A stretch of 64,000 nt of DNA from Tubulanus polymorphus (GCF_964204645.1 NC_134027.1:4930485-4994484); one strand, 5' to 3'; positions 24,501 through 39,003 are shown, counted from the first letter of the stretch. Notes: a model not told the origin generated them from the letters alone. Made by a program: numbers and translations.

Positions 24501-25111
24501 ACGGATCGTGTTCAATGTTATAGAGGTTGAAAGCAGCAGTACGAGTGTCCGATGACTGGGGGCCAGCTCTTCCAAAACACCGAGTTCTTTGTTTGGGGTA
24601 CGCCCCCGATTTCAAAGTCTACCCGAATGCTGATGTCGAAGATCAAAATATAAAAGAGCCAAAGTTAAACAACGTAAGTAAAAACCATACAGCTGAACAT
24701 CAATCGATAATTCACCCAAAATGTATATATTTCTTGTTTGTACAAATAAATGCATTTTAATTATAGAGTTACCATACGTTTGACTAACGTACGTAATTTG
24801 ATATTGATATTCATGCTATTTTGTATAAGCTACACTGGATTTTATTTGCATTAGTCGGGTCTGCTTAAGGATTTTCTTAAATACTTTAGGTATACCCGGT
24901 ACAGCATTTTTATTTTTAGTAATATATGTATATTCATTATACTGATTATTATATGGAGCAGTGTCACAAAACGAATGTTGAGGTTTTTATATGAATATCC
25001 GTTTTTTCTTCACAGGGAACTAGTATGCAGGCTACACCAGACAGCGGCCGAGGAACTATCAAGACGACTCAGTCCCGTAGTACTGACGGCTCGCAGGAAT
25101 CAGTTCTTTAA
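18540..25111 (+). CDS. slc6a5: SLC6 Na+/Cl--dependent glycine transporter, GlyT2-like, ~735 aa, 16 exons (18540-18572, 20343-20564, 20859-21144, 21229-21372, 22219-22384, 22526-22658, 22822-22956, 23033-23136, 23257-23381, 23461-23573, 23660-23791, 23888-23987, 24091-24191, 24275-24442, 24524-24673, 25016-25111)
   Basis: [65 protein letters not shown]6 [22 protein letters not shown] (GlyT-type Trp and GlyT2-type Ser), LGLDSQF, WGPA, and C-terminal PDZ-type ESVL. The first two and last exons are less certain, and strict SLC6A5 orthology needs a tree. Confidence 0.9.
18775..18880. mobile_element. MITE-like palindrome in SLC6 intron 1
   Basis: ccggttccatagttgtgggttaga ... tcttaactcacgactgtggaaccgg are imperfect terminal inverted repeats. 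Confidence 0.65.
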
Positions 25112-26982
25112 TATTGTCTACTTGAGTACCACAGGACGTAATTCTCCACATTTTCCCGATAAACTTTCAGATTTTGGGTTCTTCCATAGGTATTTACAGA
25201 ATTCGGTTAAAAGCTTCTGTCGGTCAATTGATTTTAGAATCTCCATGACATTTTTATGATGTCCTTTTCTTTGCAATAGTTTGTTTTAATCTTTACATTC
25301 AAACGCCGTCCACCATTTTTATTGAATGTGTAATGAAACCGTCCTTTTAAGAAATTCCGAATTTTTACGTCACTCAATGTTTCAACCTGATTTTCGTTGA
25401 TTATTTTACTACTATGATGAATCTTGTAATAATTGTAATTTGCAAATTAATTTTAGATGTAACGTAAGCTCTATCTGATAATCGTGCGATCGTTTTTATA
25501 TTTGATCGCTTTTTAAATATTTGAATCCAATTTTAAAGAGATAGGGACGAATACAACTATCGAATATGCGTAAGAGCAAACGGTCTGGCGTGTGTAGTCA
25601 TTATTTGTTTATTCATACTTCTCATCGTTTATATACATGTACTGAATGACGTCCGTATTTAGCTGTTCTTAATACTTACCTCTATCGGATTTTTTTTTAG
25701 ATAAGAATATAGCAATGCGTAATAAAAAGAGTGAAATGAGTAATGAATAATGCATGGGTTTCTTTTCTTCATTTTTCTGGATTTGTTAGATTGTGCCTCT
25801 GATCTCTACCGGCGATTCTTCAATGCTAACTCTGTTCGGCCGATATCCAAACGAAAGTAAGGAAGATATACGCAACATTTAACAGTGATAAACATTTATT
25901 ATCAATTTCAGAAGGTTAGATTTAACAGCAATATGTGCCTGGTATGACATAGTTTTCATGGGCCTGGACGGAATTTTTATCGAGTTAAATAAATATTATG
26001 TACAATATATACGGACGATTTCAAAGAAAGTAAAAATATAACGATATGAGGTTCGAAATATCTGGACGAAAGCAGGCGTTCATTACGAATCAATCACAAC
26101 AAGTAACTGGATTTAAGTCACCATTAATGAGCTTTACTCAAGCAATACATAAAGCTGAAGCACAGAGGTATAGAATTAGCTGCTGTATATAAAATTAATA
26201 TGTTATATTCATACGATGAAAAAAGTCAGTTTGAGAGAAACTTCACGTGAAAGATATACAGAAGAAATGTCAACAAATCGTTCATCATGTCGTCAACTTA
26301 ATCACTGTAACAGTAACAGTAACGGCAAACTTAATGTAATTGAATCGCGTTTAACTCAACAGCCACAGCTGATTGACCGATCTAAAAAAACGGTTTTCAA
26401 TCAGACATCATTGTCGTATGCAAAAACATATCACTGCTTTTGATGTAGTAATTTCGATTGAAAATATATTACAATCACAGGCTACTGCATCGACGGCATA
26501 TGTTTTTCGTATCACACACACACACATATTTTAATTTAGAAAGAAAACAGTTATAAACTCTGTAAAACTTAAATTTTCGGTAAAATACGATATCCTGCGA
26601 TGATTTAAATCAAAAACAAATATATAGCTCTAATTTAACAAACACTAAGGCTACTGATGGGCTAGTACATGGGCTACTCAATTGAGTGTAACGAATATGG
26701 TAAGTAAACCTGTCTATAATGTTCTCAAGATGATATAAATTCAGCAGTTACATTTACATATTGCCTGAAACCCTATTGATTCTGCAGTAGATGCCGTACA
26801 AAGTGACGGATGCTGCTTTCATAAATAACACGGCTAATGATGCCGCGGGAACATTAGCTGATTCCGTATTAGATCAAGGATTAATTGTGGAATGAGAACA
26901 AACAAATCTGTTCAGTTTTACAGTTTCGTTTATAAATGATTTCGATATTCTATTTACAGAAATGTCGTTTTAGCTAGTCGTT

Positions 26983-29900
26983 TTAAGTACAGCAGGTATT
27001 CCAGTTAGAAACTTGTATCCAGGTACTGCCACCATCTTTTGTCACGTACATGCCGTTGTAGTTGGCTAGAATAAAACAAGAATAGCGAAAACATATAAAG
27101 AATAGGACAATTAATCAACCCCTTCACCATGGATGATGCTTTAGTGGCATAACTCTGTTTAACAAAATGGAAAGGATCTATCTTAGGTGGATATGGTCAC
27201 CATTAAATGCCAACAATTAGGCCATATCATGAAGTGCGGACGGATTTGTGATGGATTTGCCTTTTGTTATAGGAATAATCAGGTATCGTGTTGTTAATTC
27301 GGGAGATGAAAATTGGTGAAAGGGTTAATCTACGAAAAAGGAAATGAAAGGAAAATATGGAAATAACATCAAGATATTCGATAAAAAAGAAGTCAATAGG
27401 TCGATATGAAGCAAAACTTTATCATAATGTGGACGACTTTCGTAATTCATTCATAAGAGAGAATGCGAAGAAAACTGATCATGCAAGTGCAAAGGAAAAA
27501 GTAGCAACATCATCACCGTCAGTGCGTCTACAATAGTATCATTCGCGCATGAAGTCGATGTAACACAACCGATAGCGTACAAAGTTATGCCACAAAATGC
27601 ACCAACAAACTGCGTCATGAAGATATTTTAAAGAATAACATTTATTTAATAGCATACACGATATACATGTTAGTACTCAAGCTGATCGAGCATCATAAAT
27701 CTAACGAAACGTTCGATACGAGTATTTCAGATCATTAGTACCAGACCAGACCGAATATCATTATAAGTACCATTTCCTGTATGTAGGGTCTCAATTGCAA
27801 CCCAAAGGATTTCAATTTCAAGAATTTATACGCTGGAATGAATGGTTTGTTTGCTCTTAAATCTGGTGATTTTCTAACTACAACTCGTGGATTACCTCCC
27901 CATTTGTTGGCAACTTTCAAGGCAGCTTCTGGTTGGTTACCAGCCGTTAGTTCCTTCCAATCAACGTTCATGGCTCTGGCTAGGCCTACGGTATTTTGAG
28001 ATTCCATCCATTTTGAAGGCGGTATTGAGCGCCAGGTAAGTCCGTTGTCTTTGCTGATCAGGTAGGCCCTTTTATTCACAGCTATTCCGTATATTTCTTT
28101 GGTTACAGGATCGAAGCCGATGACATTTATGACGGAAGGTTCCAATCCTAAGATAATAGTTCAATCTTACGTAGTTCGTAAATTGCTCAATACGGCCCAA
28201 ACATTTTCAAACATAATTCTTAAAAACGGAAAGTTTCGTGTTAACTTTTTGATTTCTTACCATGGAATTTGGATCCATCGGAAGTGGCGAAGCATTGCAT
28301 TCGCAATTTCCTGCAATAGATACATTGGGCACGTTTATTACCATAAAACATATATAAGTGATATGATAACGACAAATGCAAGGGAAAAATCGAAGACCTA
28401 CTTCAGTGGGTTAGCATCGCAGTAAAACATATTTGTGGCAGTTCCAATAAAACCACGCTCGTAATAGTCTAAAACAAAAATCTAGTTGACAGTGTATATT
28501 TTCTTTTAAAAGGGTGTACACGAGGCAAAGAAAAATGCTTACCTGGATTCGAATCCGGAATTGCAGCTTGTTTCGAAGTACACAAATCTACAAATGAATA
28601 GTATCAATTCCACCCATTATTTCAAACAAGACGGAACGGTTGGTTTCTTTTACTATACATAAAGCAAGTAAACCCCCTTATTAAGAGCTTAGATGAATAG
28701 TCGGGTGAGTTTGGGGCTTTCTTACTAGCATCATCGGGGACATCGGTTGACATGACACATCCATACAATTCAATCTGAAATTCATAATCCTTTCCAGGAC
28801 TTTGAGTTGACCACACTTTGATTCGAATATATCTGGATTCTCGAGGTTTCTGCAGATCCACTTGTCCTGTGTTATCATTAACAGTCGGTAAAGTAAGCTA
28901 CAAAAGTATAGCGTGTAGAGTTATAAGTATGGGGAATTCAACCCGGATAACATTTGGCTAAAATAAAAAGATAATTTCCAACAACAAAATTCATTTTTAA
29001 TCATGAACTCACGACTTCTCCGGCTGACCAACCATCTCCATCGTTGCTGTAGTCAAACTTAACAGATGATATTCTATTTAATGGCTTAAGGTTTCTGAGG
29101 CTTATCTGCGAAACGATCGTGCTATTTCCAAAGTAAATCTCTACATAATTATACTCGCGGAAGGCCGAGCTGCGTACAAACCCAGTCCAGCCTGAAATAT
29201 ACAGTTAAATATGAAAACTTTTCTAAATATTTTACATTCCCCGAGTAATATAGTAATATATTCCTCACCTGTATTTCGGCCGGTATCCATTCTCACATCA
29301 GTAGGCAATTTTCCAGCATAAGCTGATTTAGTGGCCTTAATTTGACAGTCATTGATGCCCCCATTCTGAATTCCGAGCGGCTTATCACAGCCTACAACAA
29401 AGGGAAGATCAATCTAGGTCTATCTAAGTAATTCGTTGACCACCAAATCTTAATTCTGAGTCCATGTTTACCTTTTGATTTGAGGTCCATGCCAGTAACT
29501 TGGATACCAATGGATTGCATACCAGATGGGAACCAAACCCCAGATCCTTCGCTGTGAGCGGCGCGGTCGATCATGTAACTTCCACATTCAGTTGGTATAG
29601 TAACGTTAGCAGATAATGCGTTACCGGGAAGAATTTCATCAGACCTCAGTGAAATCTCGAAGGTGAAATTCACAGAATCCGTAAAAAGTAACATATCCCA
29701 CTGGAAGTTTTAAAAGAAACTGAACATGCTTCTTATCTTTATGACGTATTCTATAGTTTGCAAATTCGCGAAGTGTGCAAAACATACCTTGAATGACAGA
29801 AAATATAAACTAGTATTTTGTTGAGAAGGTGATGTAGTGGCTGATACGAGGGCATCGAATTTCATAAATGGTGGAATGAATATCAACACACTGACATTGT

Positions 29901-32900
29901 ATCCTTCGGCCGTCGATTCATTGTTATGATTTAATTGGGCATCTACAACTACTTTACTTCTGCCAAAAAGAATAAAACAATATGCGCATACACAGATTAA
30001 TCATTAAAGAAACATCAATTCGTGATTGACAGTTGAAAGATGAGTTTCCACTCACAACTTGTCATAGACTTTCGACGTATCCGTTGATGTAGTCAGGTCG
30101 TATTTTGGCCTCTCGTTGTTATTGCGCTCCGCCGTTATTTTCTTGTCGGCTACGACAATAAACTGGTCGAGTTTTACACCGACACTGACCCAATGCGTCG
30201 ACCCCTGTGTATTGATCCAGCTGTCCATCATCCATAAACTAATCTCCAACAGGAATTGGTCATCTTCCAGTTTTGCGTCACCAACTCGGTATGTTGTCCC
30301 TAAAATAGATCAGTACATACGTACGTACTCGGCCATCTATTAGGCTTTTCGAAGATGTTGATTTACACAGATTTCTGATCTAATATAGACACTCACCGGT
30401 ATTTGTCACGATGCCCATCTCTAAGAATGCCCTGTCGGTTTGGGTGTTTGATAAGGTAGAGTTGAAGGTAGGATAATACACATCGTTGTACAGACACGCT
30501 AGATTTTCTCCAGAAGACACCACTTCTACTTTTTCAATGTCCATAACTGCCGTTTTGTTAGCGGGAACCTCAATATCTAATAAAACTTTACTGGTCGAAT
30601 TCACAGGAACTTGTACTAGGACAGGGACGATAAATCGCTCACCGATTCCCACTTTTTTAGCAGTTTCAGACATGTTAAAAACAACCGAAGCGTTTCCCTG
30701 AAAGTAGGAATTTATCTTTATTTAATTTATCTGTATATGAAATTCATGCTTAGTCGAATAGGTGTCTTGAGAATCATTGAACTTTACCTGACTGAGATCA
30801 TTGTAATGGAAATGATACTTACAGATGGGGATGCAACGGGTGTGAATGAATCGATGACAGTAAGAGACCACTTTCCAACCCAAACTTGATCTGAGTTTAT
30901 GTTAGCAAGTACGCTCACATCGAACTTGTCACCGGTGTTTAACGCGGAGCTGTTTCTCAGGCGACCAATTACTTCAACTCGAAGCTATGATTACCAATAA
31001 AGATTCGTGGTTGTCATAAAATAGGAGAGAAAATATACTGTAAAATTTACTGAGACCCGGTGTACAGGTGTAACACCGGTGTATGACGTCTCTAGAATTG
31101 TAATTACCTTATCCTCATCAGGTTCTGTATATATCTGCCAGCGACAGATAGGTCCAATATACAAAGATGCAATGTCGTTGGTTGTTGATCCAGGCCTTCA
31201 AAACACATAAGACATGTAGTTACGTACATCTACCAAATTATTTTAATCAAATAATCAATTAAATCAGTGATAAATTGTACTTACCTTGATGTTATCTTGG
31301 CAACTTTATCCTGCTTCCGTAGACACGGAAAATTCTTTCCAACTTTTACCAGATTTAGGGCGGCAATATCAATATCGGGAGTTGGCGTATCGGGACTAAG
31401 AATCGTAATATTCAGACTGTCTTGGCTCGGTTGATTCGCTGTTATCTCCAACCATAAGCGGAAGGCTTGACCTTTATTGACTTCACCATTTGCCGTCATG
31501 TTTCCGTTATCCAATAATGGGGCTGGTGTACACGAGAAGTCAGGTCGAGTTGCATTCTGCATGAATCAAGCGAACACATTAGAATTATTTGAACAGCACA
31601 GATGGTCTTTTCGTGTTAAATCGTCGCAATGTTCTTTTGTACGTGGATAGATAACAGTATAGACATTCATAGAACTTAAGAACTTACAGTCGTCGCGATG
31701 GTTTCAACTTGACCAGCAGTTACAGAATATTGTTTTGTCTCTTTAATGTTGGATTTTCCGTATTCTAGGTCCGCTGAAATAACGTAGTTTGTATTTTGGG
31801 TAGCCTTTAAGTCCACCTGGTAAATAACCTCAACAATCATTGTCGTATTGTCGAAGGTATCATCTGGGTGTACCCGATCACCACCTAAAATAAAATGAAA
31901 TATCCATTTTACCTAACAGGCAAGAATAAGAAATGCCACAAAACAGCATCCACGGAGTTAAGATTAGGTAATTACCAGGATTTGATATGACTAACAAATC
32001 AATTTCAGCCGTCTGATACGTAAACAAACCAGGGTGTTCAGTATAGTTGGCTACGTCTTTTGTAAAATTGTAACATCGTAAATTATTTCCAACTTCAACG
32101 ATTCTGAGGTTACATAAACCAATCATATCAGATGCTGAAGTTACGGTTAGTTTGTAGTTTGTTGTCGTTTCTGGTGGCAATTTCACTATCAGATTTACAC
32201 CACGTCCAACACCGAGGGGAACACCCGATGTGTCATTTTCTAAGGCTTTGTAGAATAATAACGGCTTCTTCGTCGTCTAGGAAATCAAACGAAAACGAGA
32301 TATCTAGAACGTTCTATTCAATAGTGTAAGTAGAGCCGATTTTATACATTGATATCAAGATAATTTTTTGGATAATGGTGTGACTTACTGGTATATCTAG
32401 CAAGGTATCCTTCAAAATGAATAACGCAACTTGTCCAACCCACAAAACCTTATCTGTGTACCTAACACCGGCGCTGATCCAGTGTTTGGTGCCGTTTGCT
32501 GTGACAGAAGGGTGATCCTCAACTTTTACCACCAATCTGATCACTATCTGATCTTCGGTTGTATTTCCAGTTTTTACAGGAATATTACACACAGTGCCCA
32601 ACGCGACTGCAACGCGGTCATAACTAGAATTATCGCCAGTTCTACGATGCAAAAGAGTATCATATATCAATTATCAATAACTTCCAATTAGTAACTGAGA
32701 TAATATCAATTTGAACATGCGGATAGCTGGAAATCGTTTCTTACTTTGTATGGTAAGTAATTGATTCATTCGCTTTTATTCTATTAAAGCACGGTAGATT
32801 CTTGCCTCCGAAAAGTACTTCAGCGGAGCAGATACTAAACACAGGTTTATTGTCAACGACAGGCGTCATCATTTCGATTTGCATCGGTGCGTATCTAGCA

Positions 32901-35900
32901 TTAGGTTTCGTGGTGAACTCGAATCTAACGTCAGCAAGTGATCCTACGGGCATACGATCTGTGCCATGGGCGTAACGCAGTGTTATCGTTGGAGCTATTG
33001 CCGAATCGTTCTACATGGCGAAATCAGATTGACGTAGAAAAAGCCAAATTACACATTTTAGAATTGAAGTGAAATATTATAAATTATAGTACTGATAGAT
33101 GCTTACCATTGACGCTGATGTATTTGCAGCACCAATTGTAGTAGTACTCTGTCCAACCCATAATCTGTCAGCACCAACACTAACGCCAAATGTCGTTAGC
33201 AGCGCGGCACCAACAACGTTCAACGGATCTTCGGGAACGGTGGCAGTTATTTGAACTTTAACAAGGTTGGCTCCACTTTGGTTGTTTGGTAAGAAGGCAA
33301 AGTTTTTTATTCGCCCCAGACGGAGAATACCTCGGTCCATGCGTGAATCATTTAGTTTTGAGGTTAACTGCGGTCTGCTGTGTGACACACAGGGTACATT
33401 CATTCCAGTATAAGACACCTGAAAATGTAACAACCGTACGTTTTCTCTATAAGATGGCAAAGATTAGAATTATATGATCTTCACAATAGTCTTCGAGGAA
33501 ATATGTTTCGTTGAAACACTGATAACTCAGCAACACCTCATCCCGAAAAACTATTCATCATTTTACCTCCATGTTACAGATACTCATACGAGCAGTATCA
33601 TTGAATGGCGCCAATACTTCGATTTCATAATCAGCTTCCGTATTCAATCCTATATCGATGGTTATCTCAAAGAGCACAACGCTGTCAATCTCCGTTGTTT
33701 GTCCAGTTATAGTGATCATCGACACCGTAGGCTGAACAGTCTACGAAAAATAAACAAAAACCATCAATAAACTTCACTAACTTCTCAATTCTTATTATTC
33801 GCCCACTCTCAATTTCTAGGATAAGTTGGAGAATGACACTTTACAAACCGTGGTTATTGCTGGTTTTGCTACAGGTTTTACGGCTATTTGTCCCGCCCAT
33901 ATTTTGTCCGTTCCCAATTGAACAGCGACGCCAATCCAAAAATCTTGACCAATTAATGTTTCGTTGTCAGCCATTGACATGATGACAGCTACACTTAATC
34001 GATGGTTATCCTCTATCAGATTGCGAGAATCATACTTTCCTTTAGAATAAATAGATGAACGAACACCATAAGTAAAACAGTGTCATTTTCGAGGAACACA
34101 ATCAATAGCAAAATGCGTGGTGCCACATATAACTACTTGAACTCTTCAAACTTTTTTCTTAATATCCACTTCACTTAAAAGGCATTCGTTACTGAGTATA
34201 TTTTACCTCTATTTGTTACGGTGTTCATATCCAAGCGTGATCTTGGATTACATACACTACTGCCGAAGAAATTCTTGTATTGATACGCGTTCTTTGGGAT
34301 GTAATTGTAGTTGAGTCCAGAATCCGCCATCGTGATACCACATACGGACATGACGTCTGATGTATTAAGTGGTGCAACAGCGTCGATGATAAGTTTCGTA
34401 GAATCATCCTTCAAGATCATATCTAGTGTATAGACAGCGCTAGTTCCAATCGGTAACGTAGCAGCACCATTCAAATTGAAAGTTGGAATTGTACCTGTAG
34501 TCTGTAATGTACACGATCATTAGAGACGCTATAAATGGCAGGTCAGTGAAAGGACTTCGCGTCCATCCCCGAATGGTACGTCACCATACCTTATTATCGG
34601 TTTTTGCCGTGAAAGACCACTGCCCGATCCAAATCTCATCTTCATTGTTATATTCAGCTCCGGCACTAACCCAGTAAACGTGATCGAGGACCATCTCAGG
34701 ATTTTCCAATGTTACAGCTTCGAATTCAATAACGATAGCATGCTCCAACGCCTCCGCGTTGCCGGTTGCATGGCTTACTGTACCCACATGTATGATCGCA
34801 CGGTCATGCTACAGATAAAGAGATTGTTGTATGTCCATCGCCGTTAAGCACTTCGGACACCATTATGATGTATGTAAGTTATTTTGGGTAAGAAGCCCTT
34901 TTCTATATCAATTAGATCGGACTATGTTTAAATATAGATATATAATTTCAGACGATTTCCGGAAGAGGTTTCTATGCCACTGACTAAATGATAATGTTGT
35001 TTGAAAATGTTTGAAAATGATATAAGCACATACTTACTGGCCAATCTATTCCCGGTCGCGCATCCATTTGAATTTTCGAATTGAGTTCAGTAATATTGCC
35101 GAGGGAACTTGTGAGTTTGGATCCGATTGATTTTATAATCGGGTTGCAAAGATTCATGATTGTTGTCTCGTTGTCCGGTGTGAATAGCTCGATTGACATG
35201 TCAGTGCTTGTAGCTGGGAATGAGATTGTTAATGAGAATCTCACGGATGCCCCAACCCGTATATCCTGCACGTTTGCGAATTCTCCGATCTTTTCCAGAA
35301 CGAAAGTTACGTTACTTGGCGGAGAAATTACAGCCTGGCAAAAATAGTATCATCCGAATAAAATCATTCTTGCGATCCTTACATATTACAAATGTACGTA
35401 CTAGAAATCGAATGAATGAAGTATTTATTACTTACCCGCCTTTTTCTGCTGTGGGGAACATATGAATCGGACATGAACTGGCTGTCTATAATTTCATCAT
35501 CAGAGGCTCTCATGTGAATCGATGCGGTGTCTTTGCCTGGTATAATTAATAAGTAAACTGAATAACCGGAGTTGATGTTATTTTTGAACGCTAATTGAAA
35601 TAATGTAATGGAAAAATCCCAAAGTTGTAAAATCACTATAAAAGTTTTATTAGCGTATAGAAATATGCCGGGTGTTTACAAACGAAGGGTGGTAGGGGAG
35701 TAACCATACGAAATATTTCTATATTTTGATAATCTTTTTATATTCATTCAACAACTTTTGGATTTATACGCTTTATAACTACATCTGAAACTGTGGTTTT
35801 GTGTGATTCACTATTTGAAATGATGTCCCGGGTATGATGACTGTTTACGATACACATCGCTTGCTTACCGTGTTGATTCGATGCCGTTATACTCAGCGGA

Positions 35901-38195
35901 TACACCTTTCCCCGAATGATCTGGTCTGGCTTCAACAGGATTATAGATCCATCTGGGTTCAGCCCGAACAAGCCCTCGTCATTACCTTCACTGAAAGTGT
36001 ACGTGGGGAAATCGCAATTGCAGTCCGAGTCTCCGCAGTTGTAACCAGCATGAACTGATGTTACGATCGAACCTTCGCGCAGTCCATTCAGGGAAAATAC
36101 AAAGCTTTTGTCGCCTTCGACAAATTTTGGCACAACTAGGAAAAGAATGAAAACTCTTGTAAATCATTTACAAACCGCCAAGTTCCCTATGATAAATGGG
36201 TTTATCCTGTGATCCGTTCTTCCTCTGGTATTTTCTGATTCCTCTTATTTGTACTTAAAAAATGAATCTTTTACCTTTAGATTGACATTTCTCTCCAGTG
36301 AAACAATGGCTGCAGATGCAACTTCCAGTGGCTTCATCGCAGTTTCCATTTTTGCAATCACTAGAAAGGATGGAAAATGGAAAATTTGCGAATGTTGTCT
36401 AGAGCGAAGTTCCTCGAGATACGTGTATGCGTGTAAAGGTAAGCTCAGGTCGACTTACACGATCCGATCAGATCGTCGGATCTAAACGAGTTTGCAATTC
36501 TTTAATCGGGAACTGTTCCGACATATGTCTACTTACGACCGTGACGAATTGATCGATCGTAAGTCGAATCGCAAGGATAGAACAAGTTCTTATTTTCAGA
36601 TCAGATCGTCGAAGTTAATCTGCGACGAGTTATGTGTCACATGACTTTCAGACTCGTCGTTGTCGACCCGAGTGCGACAAATGAATCGGCAATGAGTGGT
36701 CACGTGTGTACTAATGCTGTTCTTACGACGATTTTGTCAGGTGGTAAATCAACATGAGCTTAGTCTGACGCGCAGGACGCTAGGACAGTGAAACACAGAA
36801 ACGCCCGGAAATATATTGCTGTCTCCTACTTCCGTGTTTCTCTGCATCGTGTGCGTTGGGCTTTTGAGCAAAAACGTGTTGGGTTATAGGAGAGAAAATC
36901 TTAAGTCTTTTGCGTAATTTGTCTTGAATTGAATATATATTGCATTTGGGGAAGCTAGCGTTCCACGTGAGACACACCATATCGCAATTAAAAGTCTTGA
37001 AAAACAAAATATCAATAGCGTATTTCAAATTGCCTCGTAGAGTCGGCTATCAATGGCGGGTCTTCACTTCGGGCTGTATCGTCATGGTGACGGAGCTGCG
37101 CCTGTGCGGCGCGTTCCAATTGCAATCAATATTACTAGGTTTTTGCTTGAAAGGTTTCTAGACAGACCGACGCTTGTCTTTTTTTTCAAAGTTTATATTT
37201 TACATCTTAATTGTACTAGCACACAGTGTTTGATATCATGTGAAAAATGTATAACATGTATGATACATCTATTTCAATGGAAACAGCGAAAAGGTTTACA
37301 AGATTTGAACGTATCATCAACTTCTGTAAGCAAGATGTAGGTAGGGTTTTAAAAGTTAATAATTAGGGGTTGAAAAGAAAATCAACGACCTCCCTTGAGT
37401 AATAAAACACATTACCTTTTCTCACATCTTGAAAAGCCACCTACAAGAGATGGAAATGAATGATGAAATTGTCATTTCCAAAATATTGGAAAATACATAT
37501 AAAATGATAATGAATTATTAACAATCAAATCTCTTTCTCCATCAAATCTGGATCTAATTGAATATTTCATCGTTAATAATGAGATATTTTTTTTAGAATT
37601 TACTGGGATAGAAAATTAAACTTTTTCATTTCAGCCGTGTCTCGGAGCCATTGATAATTGATGAAGCAGGTCCTGTTTCTATGGATACATGTGACAATTC
37701 TAATTCCAGTCTGCTAATTATTATACTCATATAAAAACGATGACATTTCATTTTATATCGATTCGCCATATAGTCGAAAGCACTGTATCGTATACATAGA
37801 TAGATAGATCTTTCGTCATTCCAAGATAACCAAATAACTTCTTGTATATTTAATCTTGTGAGAAATGAAGTTGGCTACAGCCTAAAACCATCGTAAGTTA
37901 GTTCCAATTTCAGTACCCTTCAAAAAGTCAGTGTCAAAAGTTTGGGTCAAGATTTTCGAAATTCGGAAAGTGCCCCTCCCCCCTTTCACGGTGAAAAACC
38001 GACCTTTTCTTGAAAAAGAACTGCCCCCCCCCAGAAAAAAAGCTCGACACGAGTATGTATTCCTATACCTAACTGTAGTGGGCGTAACATGATCGAGTTT
38101 AACCTTTCGTGTTTCTGATATTACATACCTGCAAGGACTAGCGCCACTAAAACACCGCCAACTAAGAACACTAATCCGATTTGCTCGGGGTTCAT
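26983..38195 (-). CDS. Large secreted glycoprotein paralog A (~30 exons, roughly 1800-1900 aa): signal peptide, EGF, cadherin-like domain, furin site RKRR, 7 tandem ~165-aa repeats, beta-sandwich, F5/8 type C (discoidin), Asp-box C-terminal region
   Basis: Exon 38129-38195 gives MNPEQIGLVFLVGGVLVALVLA. Exons 37416-37440 and 36275-36360 give CEKSDCKNGNCDEATGSCICSHCFTGEKC. Cadherin-like PKF..YTFSEGNDEGLFGLNPDG..YPLSITASN; RKRR at 35436-35447; discoidin CDKPLGIQNGGINDCQI..SRYIRI..IELYGC; SKDNGLTW and TKDGGSTW; ends NWNTCCT-stop. No transmembrane segment seen. Some internal exon edges are approximate. Confidence 0.85.
36440..36762. mobile_element. ~320-bp MITE in an intron of paralog A
   Basis: taagctcaggtcgacttac ... 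gtaaatcaacatgagctta inverted termini with TA at both ends; internal cgatc/acgac-rich subrepeats. Confidence 0.65.
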
Positions 38196-38989
38196 TTTTA
38201 CATTTCTCTAGTGGCAACCTGAAAGAAATCTATTCTACTCTTTGAGCTGCCAAATACACCAATGATATTACAACAGTAGCAGAAGAGAATTTGATTTATC
38301 GTGATTGTCGCATGATGAAAAACGCATGCGCAGTTTTTACTGTCGCTTTAACGCAATAAATCTATCAGAAGTTAGAAAAAAACAATTAAAACATGTTCAG
38401 GAATGATACTAGAAATACGTGGACATTTATACAGTTTGCGAAGTATGCCTCGGTGATGTTAATAAGCCACCTATATTAGGATATCGATTGCATAAAACTC
38501 GATACCCAGTCAGTTATAGCTTAGACACGTTAAGGCAACCACATGATGCTTCAATGCAATTATGATACCCCCAGACCATTTCACCAATCCAATGTCTGAT
38601 TATACCATAATAAACCGCTTTAATGTGAAACCGCGATTTCTTTCGATTTGAATTATCCGTTTTTGATTTGAACTACTCTTCGACGATACACGTCACTAAA
38701 TGTTCGGGAATGCGCGTAAGTAATATGAGTTAATATGAATTATTAATTGGTACAAATGTGATAACATTTGAATCGTACACGCAGACTCAGTGTAAGCTTG
38801 AATAAAATCAAATTATCTGATAAGAAAATGATCGAAAATTTCATGATTTACCTTCTCTATATTTTGTGATCTTCCGCTAGATTTTGATCCTTTAAATTGC
38901 GTTGAAATTCAACTGTGCACAGCGGAACGGGATCCTGCGATGTTTGTTCGTCAAGTCTATTGTCCGACGTAAAGCAGTTTCCTGACGCT

Positions 38990-39003
38990 GTTTCCAAGGT
39001 AAC
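38990..39003. promoter_or_regulatory. RFX X-box upstream of paralog A
   Basis: GTTTCCAAGGTAAC closely matches GTYNCYATRGNAAC. It lies just upstream (minus strand) of a putative non-coding first exon ending at a donor near 38851. Confidence 0.45.
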
